Positions 27,299 through 36,629 of a stretch of DNA of 64,000 nucleotides are shown piece by piece. The DNA is from Dehalococcoidia bacterium (GTDB lineage: Bacteria; Chloroflexota; Dehalococcoidia; GIF9; AB-539-J10). A model generated the notes under the pieces. That model saw only the letters and a list, made by a program, of their open reading frames with translations. It had not been told where the DNA came from and searched no databases. Position numbers and translations under genes: made by a program. The number at the start of each line of letters is the position of its first letter. The stretch's first letter is position 1. The stretch covers positions 108-64,107 of the forward strand of contig PULQ01000060.1 of the NCBI GenBank assembly GCA_003552465.1, written 5' to 3'.

Positions 27299-28675
27299 CT
27301 ATCGCAGTCCGACTATCGTGAGCGCAATCCAGAAGTAGAGCGCCACCCCGAATATGTCCATTATGCTGGTTACGACAGGTGCTGACGCGAGAGCGGGGTC
27401 ACGCTTGACTAGACGAAGAAGGAACGGCAGGGCTCCGCCCACCAGGGGTGCCATGATGGAGATGCCCACCAGGGTAATGCCCACCACGATAGCGATCTCC
27501 AGGTCTCGCTGCCAGGCATAAGCCCAGGCCAGAGAAACCGCCCCCAACCCAACACCCAGGACAGCGCCTATCCTGACCTCCCGTAAGACTACCGCCAGGG
27601 CGCGCCTCGGTCGCACCTCCCCGGTGGCCAGGCCTCGGATAACGACGGTGGCCGACTGGGCTCCTATGTTTCCCCCGGTATCTATCAGCAACGGGATGAA
27701 GAAAGCTAGAGCCACTGTCGCTAACAGAAGTTCTTCCTGCGCCCCCATGATACTCCCCGTGACAGTGTTGATCGCGATGAGACCGAGGAGCCACACCCCC
27801 CTGCGTGGCACGACGCTCAAGATGCGGCTGGCGAAGTATCCACGCTCGGTGCCGGGGACGGCACCGAACCGGTAGATATCTTCGGTGGCCTCTTCCTCGA
27901 CGATGTCGACCACGTCGTCATAGGTGATGATACCGACGAGGCGTTGTTCTGCATCGACCACAGGAATGGCCAGGAGTTCGTGCTCGCGGAGTTCCCTGGC
28001 TGCTTCCTCCCGGTCGGTGTGGGTATATATGAAGATCGGTTCTGGCCTCATTATGTCGGACACGCTGACATCGGGATCGGCAATGACGAGGTCCTTGAGC
28101 GATACAGTACCTATGAGGTGACGCCGGCGGTCCATGACGTAGCACTCGTATACAGTTTCGCGGTTGATGGCGAGGCGCCTTACTCTCTCCAGGGCCTGTG
28201 CCACGGTCATGTCGCCGTGGAGGTCGACGAAGAGGGGAGTCATCTCGCGTCCGGCTGTTCCTTCCTCGTAGCCCAGCAAGCGCATCGTGAGTCGGCGCTG
28301 GTCTGAGGAGAGTATCTGCAGCAGTCTGCGTGCTACCTTGGCCGGGACTTCGTCGAGCAACTCGGCTCGGTCGTCTGGTGGCATTGCCTCAAGGAGGTTT
28401 CTGGCCGCCTGGTCGCTGAAGGCCTCGAGGAGGCGGTCCTGGAGGGTGCCGTCCATCTCGTCGAAGACGTCGACGGCGAGGTCCTTGGGGAGGAGGCGGA
28501 AGGCGACGCCCTCCTTGTCGGCAGGTGCGCCTGCCAGCAGGTCTGCGATGTCGGAAGGATGGAGAGCCGCCAGTCTCTCCCGCAGCGCTCTGTACTGGTT
28601 GTTCTCGAGCAGTTCCCTGAACGTATCTTCGTCCAGGGTTTCCTCCGGTCGCCTGTCGTGAATCTCTTCGCTCAC
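27299..28675 (-). CDS. mgtE: Magnesium transporter MgtE
   Basis: N-domain, CBS pair, GGNIGAQ, DPALASAP...D; GTG start with GGGAG RBS chosen instead of the track's longer start. Confidence 0.95.
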   Translation of the reverse strand: MSEEIHDRRPEETLDEDTFRELLENNQYRALRERLAALHPSDIADLLAGAPADKEGVAFRLLPKDLAVDVFDEMDGTLQDRLLEAFSDQAARNLLEAMPPDDRAELLDEVPAKVARRLLQILSSDQRRLTMRLLGYEEGTAGREMTPLFVDLHGDMTVAQALERVRRLAINRETVYECYVMDRRRHLIGTVSLKDLVIADPDVSVSDIMRPEPIFIYTHTDREEAARELREHELLAIPVVDAEQRLVGIITYDDVVDIVEEEATEDIYRFGAVPGTERGYFASRILSVVPRRGVWLLGLIAINTVTGSIMGAQEELLLATVALAFFIPLLIDTGGNIGAQSATVVIRGLATGEVRPRRALAVVLREVRIGAVLGVGLGAVSLAWAYAWQRDLEIAIVVGITLVGISIMAPLVGGALPFLLRLVKRDPALASAPVVTSIMDIFGVALYFWIALTIVGLR

Positions 28676-28685
28676 TTTGCTCCCA

Positions 28686-28719
28686 ACAGAAAGGCCCCAC
28701 GTCCGGCGGGACGTGGGGC
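28686..28719 (-). terminator. Intrinsic terminator in the mgtE leader
   Basis: 11-bp stem GCCCCACGUCC/GGACGUGGGGC followed by CUUUCUGUU. Confidence 0.7.
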
Positions 28720-28767
28720 GCATCAGCCTCAACTAGAGACGTGGTCTATGGCATACCCCACCGCCAT
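28713..28767 (-). ncRNA. Fluoride (crcB)-riboswitch-like aptamer, variant
   Basis: GGCGGUGGGGUAUGCCAUAGACC-GUCUC/GAGGC stem-UGAUG-CGCCCCAC; P1, P2 and pseudoknot can all form. Confidence 0.7.
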
Positions 28768-28853
28768 CGGACGGAGAGTGAACTCTTTCGTCGTTTATGA
28801 TCTGGATCCGGTGATCCCTTTGTTTCCATTACCAATACCCCGTTCCAGGGCGA

Positions 28854-28882
28854 ATTATACCTCGCTCATGCTGTGGTGTCAA
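28854..28882 (-). promoter_or_regulatory. Consensus sigma70 promoter of mgtE
   Basis: TTGACA-17nt-TATAAT, giving a leader of about 170 nt. Confidence 0.8.
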
Positions 28883-29019
28883 TCGGAGAGGGCAATGTCC
28901 GCGGGAAGCCAGCCTGTCCTCACATTGAATCTCCAGTCGCCTGCTTGCTGTCTGCAGCTCTGAACCGCGGTAGACCAGAAGGCAATGCAGGAGGTGATCT
29001 GAGCACGCGCACACGAGCA

Positions 29020-29049
29020 TTAACAATTTGCTAACATTTCTGCTATAAC
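29020..29049 (+). promoter_or_regulatory. OmpR/PhoP-type direct repeat plus extended -10
   Basis: TTAACA-N5-CTAACA then TGcTATAAC upstream of the response regulator. Confidence 0.5.
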
Positions 29050-29084
29050 ATAGGAGTGGTGCCGAGGGCACCGGGAGGTCCGAG

Positions 29085-29774
29085 TTGCCTGAGAAGAAGG
29101 TCCTTGTAGTCGATGATGATGTAAAGACTGTGGACCTGGTCAAACTCTATCTGGCCAGAGACGGCTACCAGGTTCTAACTGCTCATGACGGGGTTGAGGC
29201 CCTGCGGGTGGCTCGAGAGGGGAATCCCGACCTCATCGTGCTCGACCTCATGTTGCCCGATATCGACGGCTTCGAGGTCTGTCGCACCCTTAGAGACGAG
29301 TGTGATGTGCCTATCATCATGCTGACCGCCCGGACGACCGACCAGGACAAGTTGACGGGACTGGACTCAGGAGCGGACGATTACGTGACCAAGCCGTTCA
29401 GTCCTAAGGAACTGGTGGCCAGGGTGCGGGCAGTGCTCAGGCGGCTTCCCGGAGAACGCGGCCCGGTTGAGATCCCCCATGGTGAGTTGACCATGAACTT
29501 CGACAGACGGCAAGCATGGTTTGCGGGCAAACCGCTGATCCTTACTGACGTCGAGTTCAAGCTATTGGGTGTTCTGTGCCGTGAGCCGGGGAGGGTCTTC
29601 AGCCGGGGAGACCTCATTGAGAAGGCGCTGGGCTACGACTTCGCAGGATTCGATCGCACCATCGATGTTCACATACTTAACCTGCGGCGCAAGATCGAAC
29701 CGAGTCCCGACCACCCCAGGTACATCAAGACGGTATATGGCGCAGGTTACAAATACGTAGGAGACGAGCAATGA
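29085..29774 (+). CDS. OmpR-family response regulator
   Basis: VVDDD, LDLMLP, KPF, winged helix [20 protein letters not shown]. Confidence 0.95.
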   Translation: MPEKKVLVVDDDVKTVDLVKLYLARDGYQVLTAHDGVEALRVAREGNPDLIVLDLMLPDIDGFEVCRTLRDECDVPIIMLTARTTDQDKLTGLDSGADDYVTKPFSPKELVARVRAVLRRLPGERGPVEIPHGELTMNFDRRQAWFAGKPLILTDVEFKLLGVLCREPGRVFSRGDLIEKALGYDFAGFDRTIDVHILNLRRKIEPSPDHPRYIKTVYGAGYKYVGDEQ

Positions 29775-31147
29775 TACACAGCCTGTGGCTTCGCCTGCTG
29801 GTCGCCTTTGCTCTGGTGATCGTGGTGACTATAGGCACTGTCTATGCGTTCGTCAGCAGCGGCATCAGAGGAGAGATCGAACGGTACGAGGAGATAATGG
29901 GACAAATCCCAATATTGGAGACCCAGGAGGCACTAGCCGGCCACTATCAGAAGCGTGGTAGCTGGGATGACGTTCAACTCGTTACCGGTAACCGGTCCGC
30001 TGAACTTGGGACACGTATCATACTGACTACCTTCGCGGGAGTGGTCATAGATGACTCGGAGAAGGAGTTTTCGGCCGGTCAGCAGTATCAACCCGGCTCA
30101 GCAGATGATCTTCAGGGCAACTACTTCGTGGTGTTCTCCGAAGACTGGGAAGAGCCGATCACCCTGACTCTATACATGGATCCGAGGCTGTTGCCTGATG
30201 ACATCGCCGGTTCACCACGGGCATTCGCAGAAGCGATCAACCGTTTCCTTCTATTAGGGGGTCTGCTGGCAGTCGGGATAGCTCTCTTGTTGACCTTCAT
30301 CCTATCGCGGAGGATGTCCTCACCCATAGGCGTCCTTGCCACGGCCGCCAGGCGCTTGGGCACTGGCCAGTTGTCTCAGAGGGTCAGGCTCAAGGAGAAG
30401 GGCGAAGTGCAGGAACTGGCTCAAGCGTTCAACGCCATGGCTGCCGACCTGGAGCACGCTGAGCAGTTGCGGCGCAATCTGGTGGCCGACGTTGCTCACG
30501 AGTTGAGGACTCCTCTCTCCAATATCCAGGGCTATCTGGAGGCGATTCGCGATGGGGTGATGGAGCCGGATGCAGCCACCATCCGTTCGCTCAATGAGGA
30601 GGCGTCGCTGCTTGCGAGGCTGGTAGAGGAGTTGCAGGAACTGAGCCTTGCCGAAGCCGGGGAGTTGAAGATGGTGTTCCAGACGGAAGACCTGGTCAAC
30701 CTGATAGAACAGACGGTGGCGTCCTGGCAACCGCAGTTGACCGCCAAGGGAATGGCTCTTTCGCTTGACCTGCCTGATGAACTGCCGCCCGTCAAGGTCG
30801 ATTGGCAGAGGATAAGCCAGGTGCTGCATAAGCTGCTCGAGAATGCCATTTCCCACACCGGCAGAGGCGGGACCATTACGGTCTCCGCCGTCAGGCAGGG
30901 AGGCTGGGTGGAGGTCAGCGTAGCCGACACCGGTGAGGGTATTCCTGATGCCGATCTGCCCAACATCTTTGAACGTTTCTACCGGGTCGACAGGTCTCGT
31001 GCCAGGGCTACGGGGGGCAGTGGCCTGGGGCTTACTATCGCCAGGCGCCTGGTGGAAGCTCACGGAGGCAAGATCGACGTAGAGAGCAAGCTGGGAAAGG
31101 GCAGCCGGTTCTCCTTTACCGTTCCGGTTTCGCAAAGGCTGCTATGA
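29771..31147 (+). CDS. Sensor histidine kinase (HAMP-HisKA-HATPase, BaeS-like)
   Basis: Two TMs, [28 protein letters not shown]. Confidence 0.95.
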   Translation: MIHSLWLRLLVAFALVIVVTIGTVYAFVSSGIRGEIERYEEIMGQIPILETQEALAGHYQKRGSWDDVQLVTGNRSAELGTRIILTTFAGVVIDDSEKEFSAGQQYQPGSADDLQGNYFVVFSEDWEEPITLTLYMDPRLLPDDIAGSPRAFAEAINRFLLLGGLLAVGIALLLTFILSRRMSSPIGVLATAARRLGTGQLSQRVRLKEKGEVQELAQAFNAMAADLEHAEQLRRNLVADVAHELRTPLSNIQGYLEAIRDGVMEPDAATIRSLNEEASLLARLVEELQELSLAEAGELKMVFQTEDLVNLIEQTVASWQPQLTAKGMALSLDLPDELPPVKVDWQRISQVLHKLLENAISHTGRGGTITVSAVRQGGWVEVSVADTGEGIPDADLPNIFERFYRVDRSRARATGGSGLGLTIARRLVEAHGGKIDVESKLGKGSRFSFTVPVSQRLL

Positions 31148-31229
31148 ACCTTCGTATGGAGGAGTTCCGCAGGTACTTGACTACGGCTGGAGCACGTGAC
31201 TATCAGCCGGCTTGGAGAGGTTCTCGCGC

Positions 31230-31319
31230 ATGAGCATGAAGCTGCTGATCGGCCTGTTGGCCCTGGGTGTAACTATGGTGGTGGTGGGTCTGGTTATCGC
31301 TCTTGTCGGGCTACCCTAG
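31230..31319 (+). CDS. Putative 29-aa hydrophobic peptide
   Basis: MSMKLLIGLLALGVTMVVVGLVIALVGLP*; GGAGAGG upstream. Confidence 0.35.
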   Translation: MSMKLLIGLLALGVTMVVVGLVIALVGLP

Positions 31320-31398
31320 GTTGGCGATACATCACCACATCGGCGGCTACTGGCTGCATGAGGCATCCGGGGATGTCTGGGCACCCGGGGTGTGCGGG

Positions 31399-33252
31399 TC
31401 AGCCTTGAGCCGGACTCGGTGACAGGCCTTCGAGGATGCGCTCAAGCTCAGCCTCATCCAGCGTCTCTTTCTCTATGAGTTCTCGAGCCAACTCTTTCAA
31501 CCTATCCTTGTTCGCGGTCAGGACCTTCTTGGCAGTCTTGTAGGCACGCTGGATAATGGCGTGCACCTCGGAATCGATTTCGTCGGCTATCTTATCGCCA
31601 TAGTCCTTGTGTTCGCTTATCTCACGGCCGAGGAAGACTAGTTCCTGCTTCTGTCCGAAGGTCCTGGGGCCGAGAGTATCACTCATGCCGAACTCGGTGA
31701 CCATTCTTCTGGCCAGCTTGGTTGCCCTTTCGAGGTCATCCTGAGCACCGGTGGTCACATCGCCGAATATGATCTCCTCGGCCACACGCCCGCCAAGGCT
31801 CACGGCCAACATATCATCGAACTGCGACTTGGTCCAGTAGCGCCGGTCCTCGGTCGGCAGAAAGCGCGTCCAGCCACCGATCGTCCCGCGGGCGACTATC
31901 GACACCTTGTGCACGGGGTCGGCGTTGGGCAGCATCCGGGCGGTCAGGGCGTGCCCTCCCTCGTGGTAGGCGGAGATCTCCTTCTCCCTCGGGCTTATGA
32001 CCCGGCTTCTCCTCTCCGGTCCGGCCATCGTCCGGTCGGCTGCATCCTCGAGCTCGTTCAGTGTTATGTCCTTACGGTTGCGTCGTGCCGCCAGGATGGC
32101 TGCTTCGTTGATAAGGTTGGCCAGGTCTGCGCCGCTGAATCCCGGCGTGCCCTTGGCCAGGGTCTCCAGGTCAGTGCCCTTGGCCAGTGGTTTGTCCTTA
32201 CCGTGCACCTCCAGAATGGCCTTGCGGCCTTTAATGTCCGGCAGGTCGATGACGATGTGACGATCGAAACGTCCGGGACGTAGCAGGGCCGGATCGAGGA
32301 TGTCGGGGCGGTTGGTGGCAGCCATGACGATAACATTTACGCTCGTATCGAAGCCGTCCATCTCAGCCAGGATCTGGTTGAGCGTCTGCTCACGTTCGTC
32401 ATGTCCTCCGCCCAGGCCTGCTCCACGATGTCGGCCCACTGCGTCTATTTCGTCGATGAACATCAGACAAGGTGAGTTGCGCTTGGCCTGCTCGAACAGA
32501 TCCCTGACCCTGGCCGCACCCACACCGACGAACATCTCGACGAACTCGCTTCCACTGATAGAGAAGAAGGGCACCCTGGCCTCTCCTGCTATGGCCTTGG
32601 CGAGCAGGGTCTTACCTGTTCCCGGAGGGCCTACGAGGAGAATCCCCCTGGGAATACGTCCCCCCAGGGCCTGGAACTTCTGAGGAGCCTTGAGGAACTC
32701 GACTATCTCCTGTACCTCCTCCTTGGCCTCCTCCGCCCCGGCGACGTCGGCGAAGGTCACATCCGACCTGTGCTCAAGACGCAACCGTGCCCGGCTCTTG
32801 CTGAAGTTGAAGGCCTGTGTCCCGGCGCCGCGCGCAGCGCGGAAGAAGAGGAAGTAGAACAAAGCGCCGAGCAGGACGATGGGCAGGATTACGGTCAGGG
32901 CTATCGAGCCCCAGTCGAAGCCGGTCTCCACAGCATAGAACTGTATTCCGTCGGCTCGCAGGTTCACTCCCTCGCGTTCCAGGCGTTCGATAACGACGTC
33001 CGTATCGGCCTTGAAAGGCGTCGTGATCAGGGCCCTGTCGTCTCCAAGGGCGGTCAGCGTCTGGCCGTCATGCTCTATCCTGTCTATCTTCCGGCCGTCA
33101 TACTCCTGGCGCTGAGCTGCCTCCATAAACCGATACCAGTCTACCTCATCGGGTCTTGCGGCCATAGTGTTGAGCGCCCAGAGGACGACCGCCACCACTG
33201 CTACCAGGAGCAGCATATAGAAGAAACCGCTACGCCACCATTTTGTCTGCAT
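31399..33252 (-). CDS. ftsH: ATP-dependent zinc metalloprotease FtsH
   Basis: Two TMs, [24 protein letters not shown]. Confidence 0.98.
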   Translation of the reverse strand: MQTKWWRSGFFYMLLLVAVVAVVLWALNTMAARPDEVDWYRFMEAAQRQEYDGRKIDRIEHDGQTLTALGDDRALITTPFKADTDVVIERLEREGVNLRADGIQFYAVETGFDWGSIALTVILPIVLLGALFYFLFFRAARGAGTQAFNFSKSRARLRLEHRSDVTFADVAGAEEAKEEVQEIVEFLKAPQKFQALGGRIPRGILLVGPPGTGKTLLAKAIAGEARVPFFSISGSEFVEMFVGVGAARVRDLFEQAKRNSPCLMFIDEIDAVGRHRGAGLGGGHDEREQTLNQILAEMDGFDTSVNVIVMAATNRPDILDPALLRPGRFDRHIVIDLPDIKGRKAILEVHGKDKPLAKGTDLETLAKGTPGFSGADLANLINEAAILAARRNRKDITLNELEDAADRTMAGPERRSRVISPREKEISAYHEGGHALTARMLPNADPVHKVSIVARGTIGGWTRFLPTEDRRYWTKSQFDDMLAVSLGGRVAEEIIFGDVTTGAQDDLERATKLARRMVTEFGMSDTLGPRTFGQKQELVFLGREISEHKDYGDKIADEIDSEVHAIIQRAYKTAKKVLTANKDRLKELARELIEKETLDEAELERILEGLSPSPAQG

Positions 33253-33458
33253 GTACTCTAACCGAGTTAGTATAGCAGAAATATGTCAAGCTGAAAAACG
33301 ATTCTATCCGGCCGGACGGCAGGGTTGCCGTATCAGGTGGGGAGATTCTTGGTTCACAGTCCGGATGGGGCAGCGTCGACTTAGCCAGTAGTGTTACCGA
33401 ACGAGGTTGTTCAGGATGAGCCACAGGTGATAAAATAGGGGAGGAGGGTAGAGGCTTT

Positions 33459-33803
33459 CTGGAAGCAGAGGAAATAGCGCGTCTGGCCACCGAACTGGCT
33501 TCGGACAAGCAGGCGAGGGACATCGCCCTGCTGGACGTAAGGTCTCTATGCCCTTTTGCCGATTACTTCGTGATCTGCACCGGAGACAACTGGCGGCATG
33601 TCGAAGCTATCTGGAAGGACATCGCCGAGATCCTCAAGAGCAGAGGTGTGCTGCCTCACCACAATGAAGGGACTCCTGACTCGGGCTGGATGCTGACCGA
33701 CTTCGGTTCCGTCATCGTCCACATATTCGCGCCCCCGGAGCGAGACTACTACCAGCTCGACCGACTGTGGGACAAGGCGGTCCCGGTGGTCAGGATTCAG
33801 TAG
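33459..33803 (+). CDS. rsfS: Ribosome silencing factor, probable CTG start
   Basis: ASDKQARDIALLDV...ADYFVICTG...WMLTDFGSVIVHIF...YYQLDRLW; GGAGG RBS upstream. Confidence 0.88.
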   Translation: MEAEEIARLATELASDKQARDIALLDVRSLCPFADYFVICTGDNWRHVEAIWKDIAEILKSRGVLPHHNEGTPDSGWMLTDFGSVIVHIFAPPERDYYQLDRLWDKAVPVVRIQ

Positions 33804-34243
33804 ATCCACCTGTCGGTTTCACGATCGTAGCTCAGTATGTCCTCCGCTGTGAAGAACAGATCGATCTCATCCGAGGCGTTCTCCAGCGAATCCGAGCCGT
33901 GTATCAGGTTGTGCCCTATGTCCATGCCCAGGTCGCCCCTGATCGTGCCTGTCTGGGCCCTGGCCGGATCAGTGGCTCCCGCCATCTGCCGTACTGCGTC
34001 CACGGCGTGTCTGCCCTGGAATACTATGGCGATGATCGGTCCCGAAACAATGAAGCGGACAAGATCATCGAAGAAGGCCTTTCCCTCATGGATGGCGTAG
34101 TGTCGTCGGGCCATTGCTTCATCCATCCGGAGCATCCTCATGGCGACGATCTTGAGGCCTTTCCTCTCCAGCCGGGAGATGATCTCGCCGGCCAGCCCTC
34201 TTTGCACGGCGTCTGGCTTGATGAGTACCAGGCTCTTTTCCAT
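33797..34243 (-). CDS. ndk: Nucleoside-diphosphate kinase
   Basis: IKPDAVQRGL, GTIRGD, NLIHGSDS. Confidence 0.97.
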   Translation of the reverse strand: MEKSLVLIKPDAVQRGLAGEIISRLERKGLKIVAMRMLRMDEAMARRHYAIHEGKAFFDDLVRFIVSGPIIAIVFQGRHAVDAVRQMAGATDPARAQTGTIRGDLGMDIGHNLIHGSDSLENASDEIDLFFTAEDILSYDRETDRWIY

Positions 34244-34260
34244 GTACACTCGGCTCCTTT

Positions 34261-35322
34261 CTATACCCTTATCAGAAGGGTTATCAGATCTACGTCTTCC
34301 AGCGAATCAACCACTGTGTCTGCCTCGCCCAATTCCTGCCGGGAGCGTGTAGTCGCCACCGCCAGGCATCTCATGCCCGCGGCCCTGGCTGCCTTGATGC
34401 CGAGGGGCGAGTCCTCTATCACCAGGCAGTGTTCAGGTGTCAGTCCCAGCCTCTCGGCAGCCATAAGGCATATCTGGGGACTGGGCTTGCTTTCGGTGAC
34501 CTCCTGACCGCAGAGGATGCAGTCGAAGAGCCCTTTCAGGCCCAGTTCACCCACAACCAGTTCTATGTTCTCTCTGGGGGCTGAGGAGATCAGTCCCTGC
34601 TTGAAGCCCCCTCTCCTTACGGCGTCAAGCAACCTCACTGCTCCAGGAAAGGAACTGATCTTCCCCGAGGCCTTGGTACGGAATGCCTCCTCTTTGTCCC
34701 GCGCTATGGCTCTCATATCCTCTGCGGACAGCTTATCATCCATAACGGTCTTGATTATGAGATCGTTTCGGGCACCGAAGAGCCCGGCGAAGTCCTGACC
34801 GGTGACCCTTGTGTTTCTACTGGCGAAGGTCTCCTGCCATGCGGCGAAGTGGAGCGCGGCCGTGTCTGCGATCACCCCGTCCATGTCCCAGAGGACTGCC
34901 CTGCTGGACCGTCTCATAACGTAGTACAGGAAGTCGCCTTCGGCTATGACCGTGCCGTCGTGTAGCGTGAGCAGTGCCCGGACTTCCACCAGCCTACTCG
35001 TCAGTTTGGTGACCCGGGCTGAGGCGCGGATAGACTCGTTCACGGGGGCTACCTTTTTGAATTTCACCTCGCTCTTGCCGGTGACGGCGAAGTCTACGCC
35101 GTTACAGAGAATGGCGTAGAAGGCGAGTTCGTCGAGTAGGGTGTAGAGTATGCCTCCATGTGTCGCGTCATTCCAGCCCTGGTGATACTGCCCGGGGGTG
35201 AAGTCTGCGGTGACCTCATCTCCGTCGTGAACGGGTCTCAGCCTCAGGCCTATGGGGTTTTCCTGCCCGCAGGCGAAACAGAACCTAGTTATGTATTCGA
35301 CGTCTAATCTGGGGATTTCCAT
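34261..35322 (-). CDS. Fusion of PaaI-like hotdog thioesterase and HAD phosphatase (beta-PGM-like)
   Basis: CFACGQENPIGL and HGGILYTLLDE, then DMDGVIADT, KPSP, IEDS. Confidence 0.88.
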   Translation of the reverse strand: MEIPRLDVEYITRFCFACGQENPIGLRLRPVHDGDEVTADFTPGQYHQGWNDATHGGILYTLLDELAFYAILCNGVDFAVTGKSEVKFKKVAPVNESIRASARVTKLTSRLVEVRALLTLHDGTVIAEGDFLYYVMRRSSRAVLWDMDGVIADTAALHFAAWQETFASRNTRVTGQDFAGLFGARNDLIIKTVMDDKLSAEDMRAIARDKEEAFRTKASGKISSFPGAVRLLDAVRRGGFKQGLISSAPRENIELVVGELGLKGLFDCILCGQEVTESKPSPQICLMAAERLGLTPEHCLVIEDSPLGIKAARAAGMRCLAVATTRSRQELGEADTVVDSLEDVDLITLLIRV

Positions 35323-36041
35323 TTGCTCTTCTCGCTTCTTGCACCGGGGTTGACTGCAGGAGGTGTCCTTGGCCTCGGCTTCGTTATGTTAGGAGGTCGG
35401 AGGTACAGGGGTTGCAGTGTGACCGGGTCGTCCCGGTGTCCCTGGCTCAACTTGAGGTGGCCCAGTGCAGCCAGGGCACTGCTGCGAAACAGACCCTGGC
35501 CCGCGGATACTATTGCCTTGTTGCCCAGTTTCTGCACTATGTCGCTCATCATGTCGGCAGGTATCTCTCCACAGAAGAGGGTCTTCCGTGTGGTCTCACG
35601 GCAGATAGCGCCAATCGTGGTGAGGCGGGTCTCCTCCAGGCAATGCCATCCGTCATCCTCCTGCCGGTAGAGGGCGGTGGCTATCTCCTCCCTGCCGGCT
35701 CTATGAACCGGCCGTACAGGAAACCCGGTGAAGCCGTAAGGATAGGCTTCAGCCTCCAGCGTATCTATGCCGAGCAGTGGTACACCGAGGACGAGGGCCA
35801 GTCCCTTGGCAGTGCTGATGCCCACGCGAAGCCCGTTGAAGCTGCCCGGACCGCGAGCCACTATGATCGCGTCGACCGAACTGAGATTGACCTTCGTGTG
35901 CTGCAGCAGGCGGTTCAGGTTTGGCAGCAGCTCCCTGCTGTGGTTGCTCGCTGTGTGCCAGGCGAACATGGCCAGCGTCCCTCCCCTGTCCGAAAGGGCG
36001 ACGCTTGCTCTGTTGGACGATGTATCTATCGTCAGTTCCAT
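35304..36041 (-). CDS. tsaB: t6A biosynthesis protein TsaB
   Basis: IDTS, HSRELLP, GPGSFNGLRVG, PLYLR. Confidence 0.94.
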   Translation of the reverse strand: MELTIDTSSNRASVALSDRGGTLAMFAWHTASNHSRELLPNLNRLLQHTKVNLSSVDAIIVARGPGSFNGLRVGISTAKGLALVLGVPLLGIDTLEAEAYPYGFTGFPVRPVHRAGREEIATALYRQEDDGWHCLEETRLTTIGAICRETTRKTLFCGEIPADMMSDIVQKLGNKAIVSAGQGLFRSSALAALGHLKLSQGHRDDPVTLQPLYLRPPNITKPRPRTPPAVNPGARSEKSKWKSPD

Positions 36042-36128
36042 GATGTATGCCCTGACCTCCACGTGTGGTGTACAGGCATGGACCCGGTGAGCACACACGG
36101 CCTGGATGAAACGGCATGATCCGTCAGG

Positions 36129-36629
36129 TTAGGCATCCTGTATCTCCACGGTGATTCCGGCCATCAGGATCAACTGGCTTGTAAGTTCTCGGTATCGTTC
36201 GCCTCGCGGTCTCAGGGATATGGAGCGTCTCGTCTGAGAGTCGGGCATGTAGCATAGTGACACAAAGAGGCTGTCACCGGGGAACATCTCCAGTCCCCTG
36301 TCGGCCCACTCAACGGCGCAAACTCCATCGCCGTAGATGTAGTCCTCCAGTCCCAGGGCGGCTATCTCGCCGGTGTCTTCCAGGCGATACAGATCGATGT
36401 GGTAGAGAGGAAGCCTCCCGTGATACTCCCTGATGATGACAAAGGACGGGCTGAAGGCGTGTTCCTCTGCCGCCAGTCCACGTGCAATGCCCTGGACCAG
36501 ACAGGTTTTCCCGGTTCCCAGCTCGCCTACCAGGAGAAAGACGTCAGCGTTGTGCGCCAGTCGTCCCAGATAGCTTCCCAGCAGTTGAGTCTGTTCCGGG
36601 CTGTCTGATTCTACTCTCAGAGATCTCAT
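36129..36629 (-). CDS. tsaE: t6A biosynthesis ATPase TsaE
   Basis: GELGTGKT, SPSF, HIDLYRL, VEW. Confidence 0.95.
   Translation of the reverse strand: MRSLRVESDSPEQTQLLGSYLGRLAHNADVFLLVGELGTGKTCLVQGIARGLAAEEHAFSPSFVIIREYHGRLPLYHIDLYRLEDTGEIAALGLEDYIYGDGVCAVEWADRGLEMFPGDSLFVSLCYMPDSQTRRSISLRPRGERYRELTSQLILMAGITVEIQDA

Noticed and set aside
28680..28850. M-box (ykoK) riboswitch expected upstream of mgtE
   Set aside because: No recognisable M-box sequence; the leader fits the crcB-type fold instead
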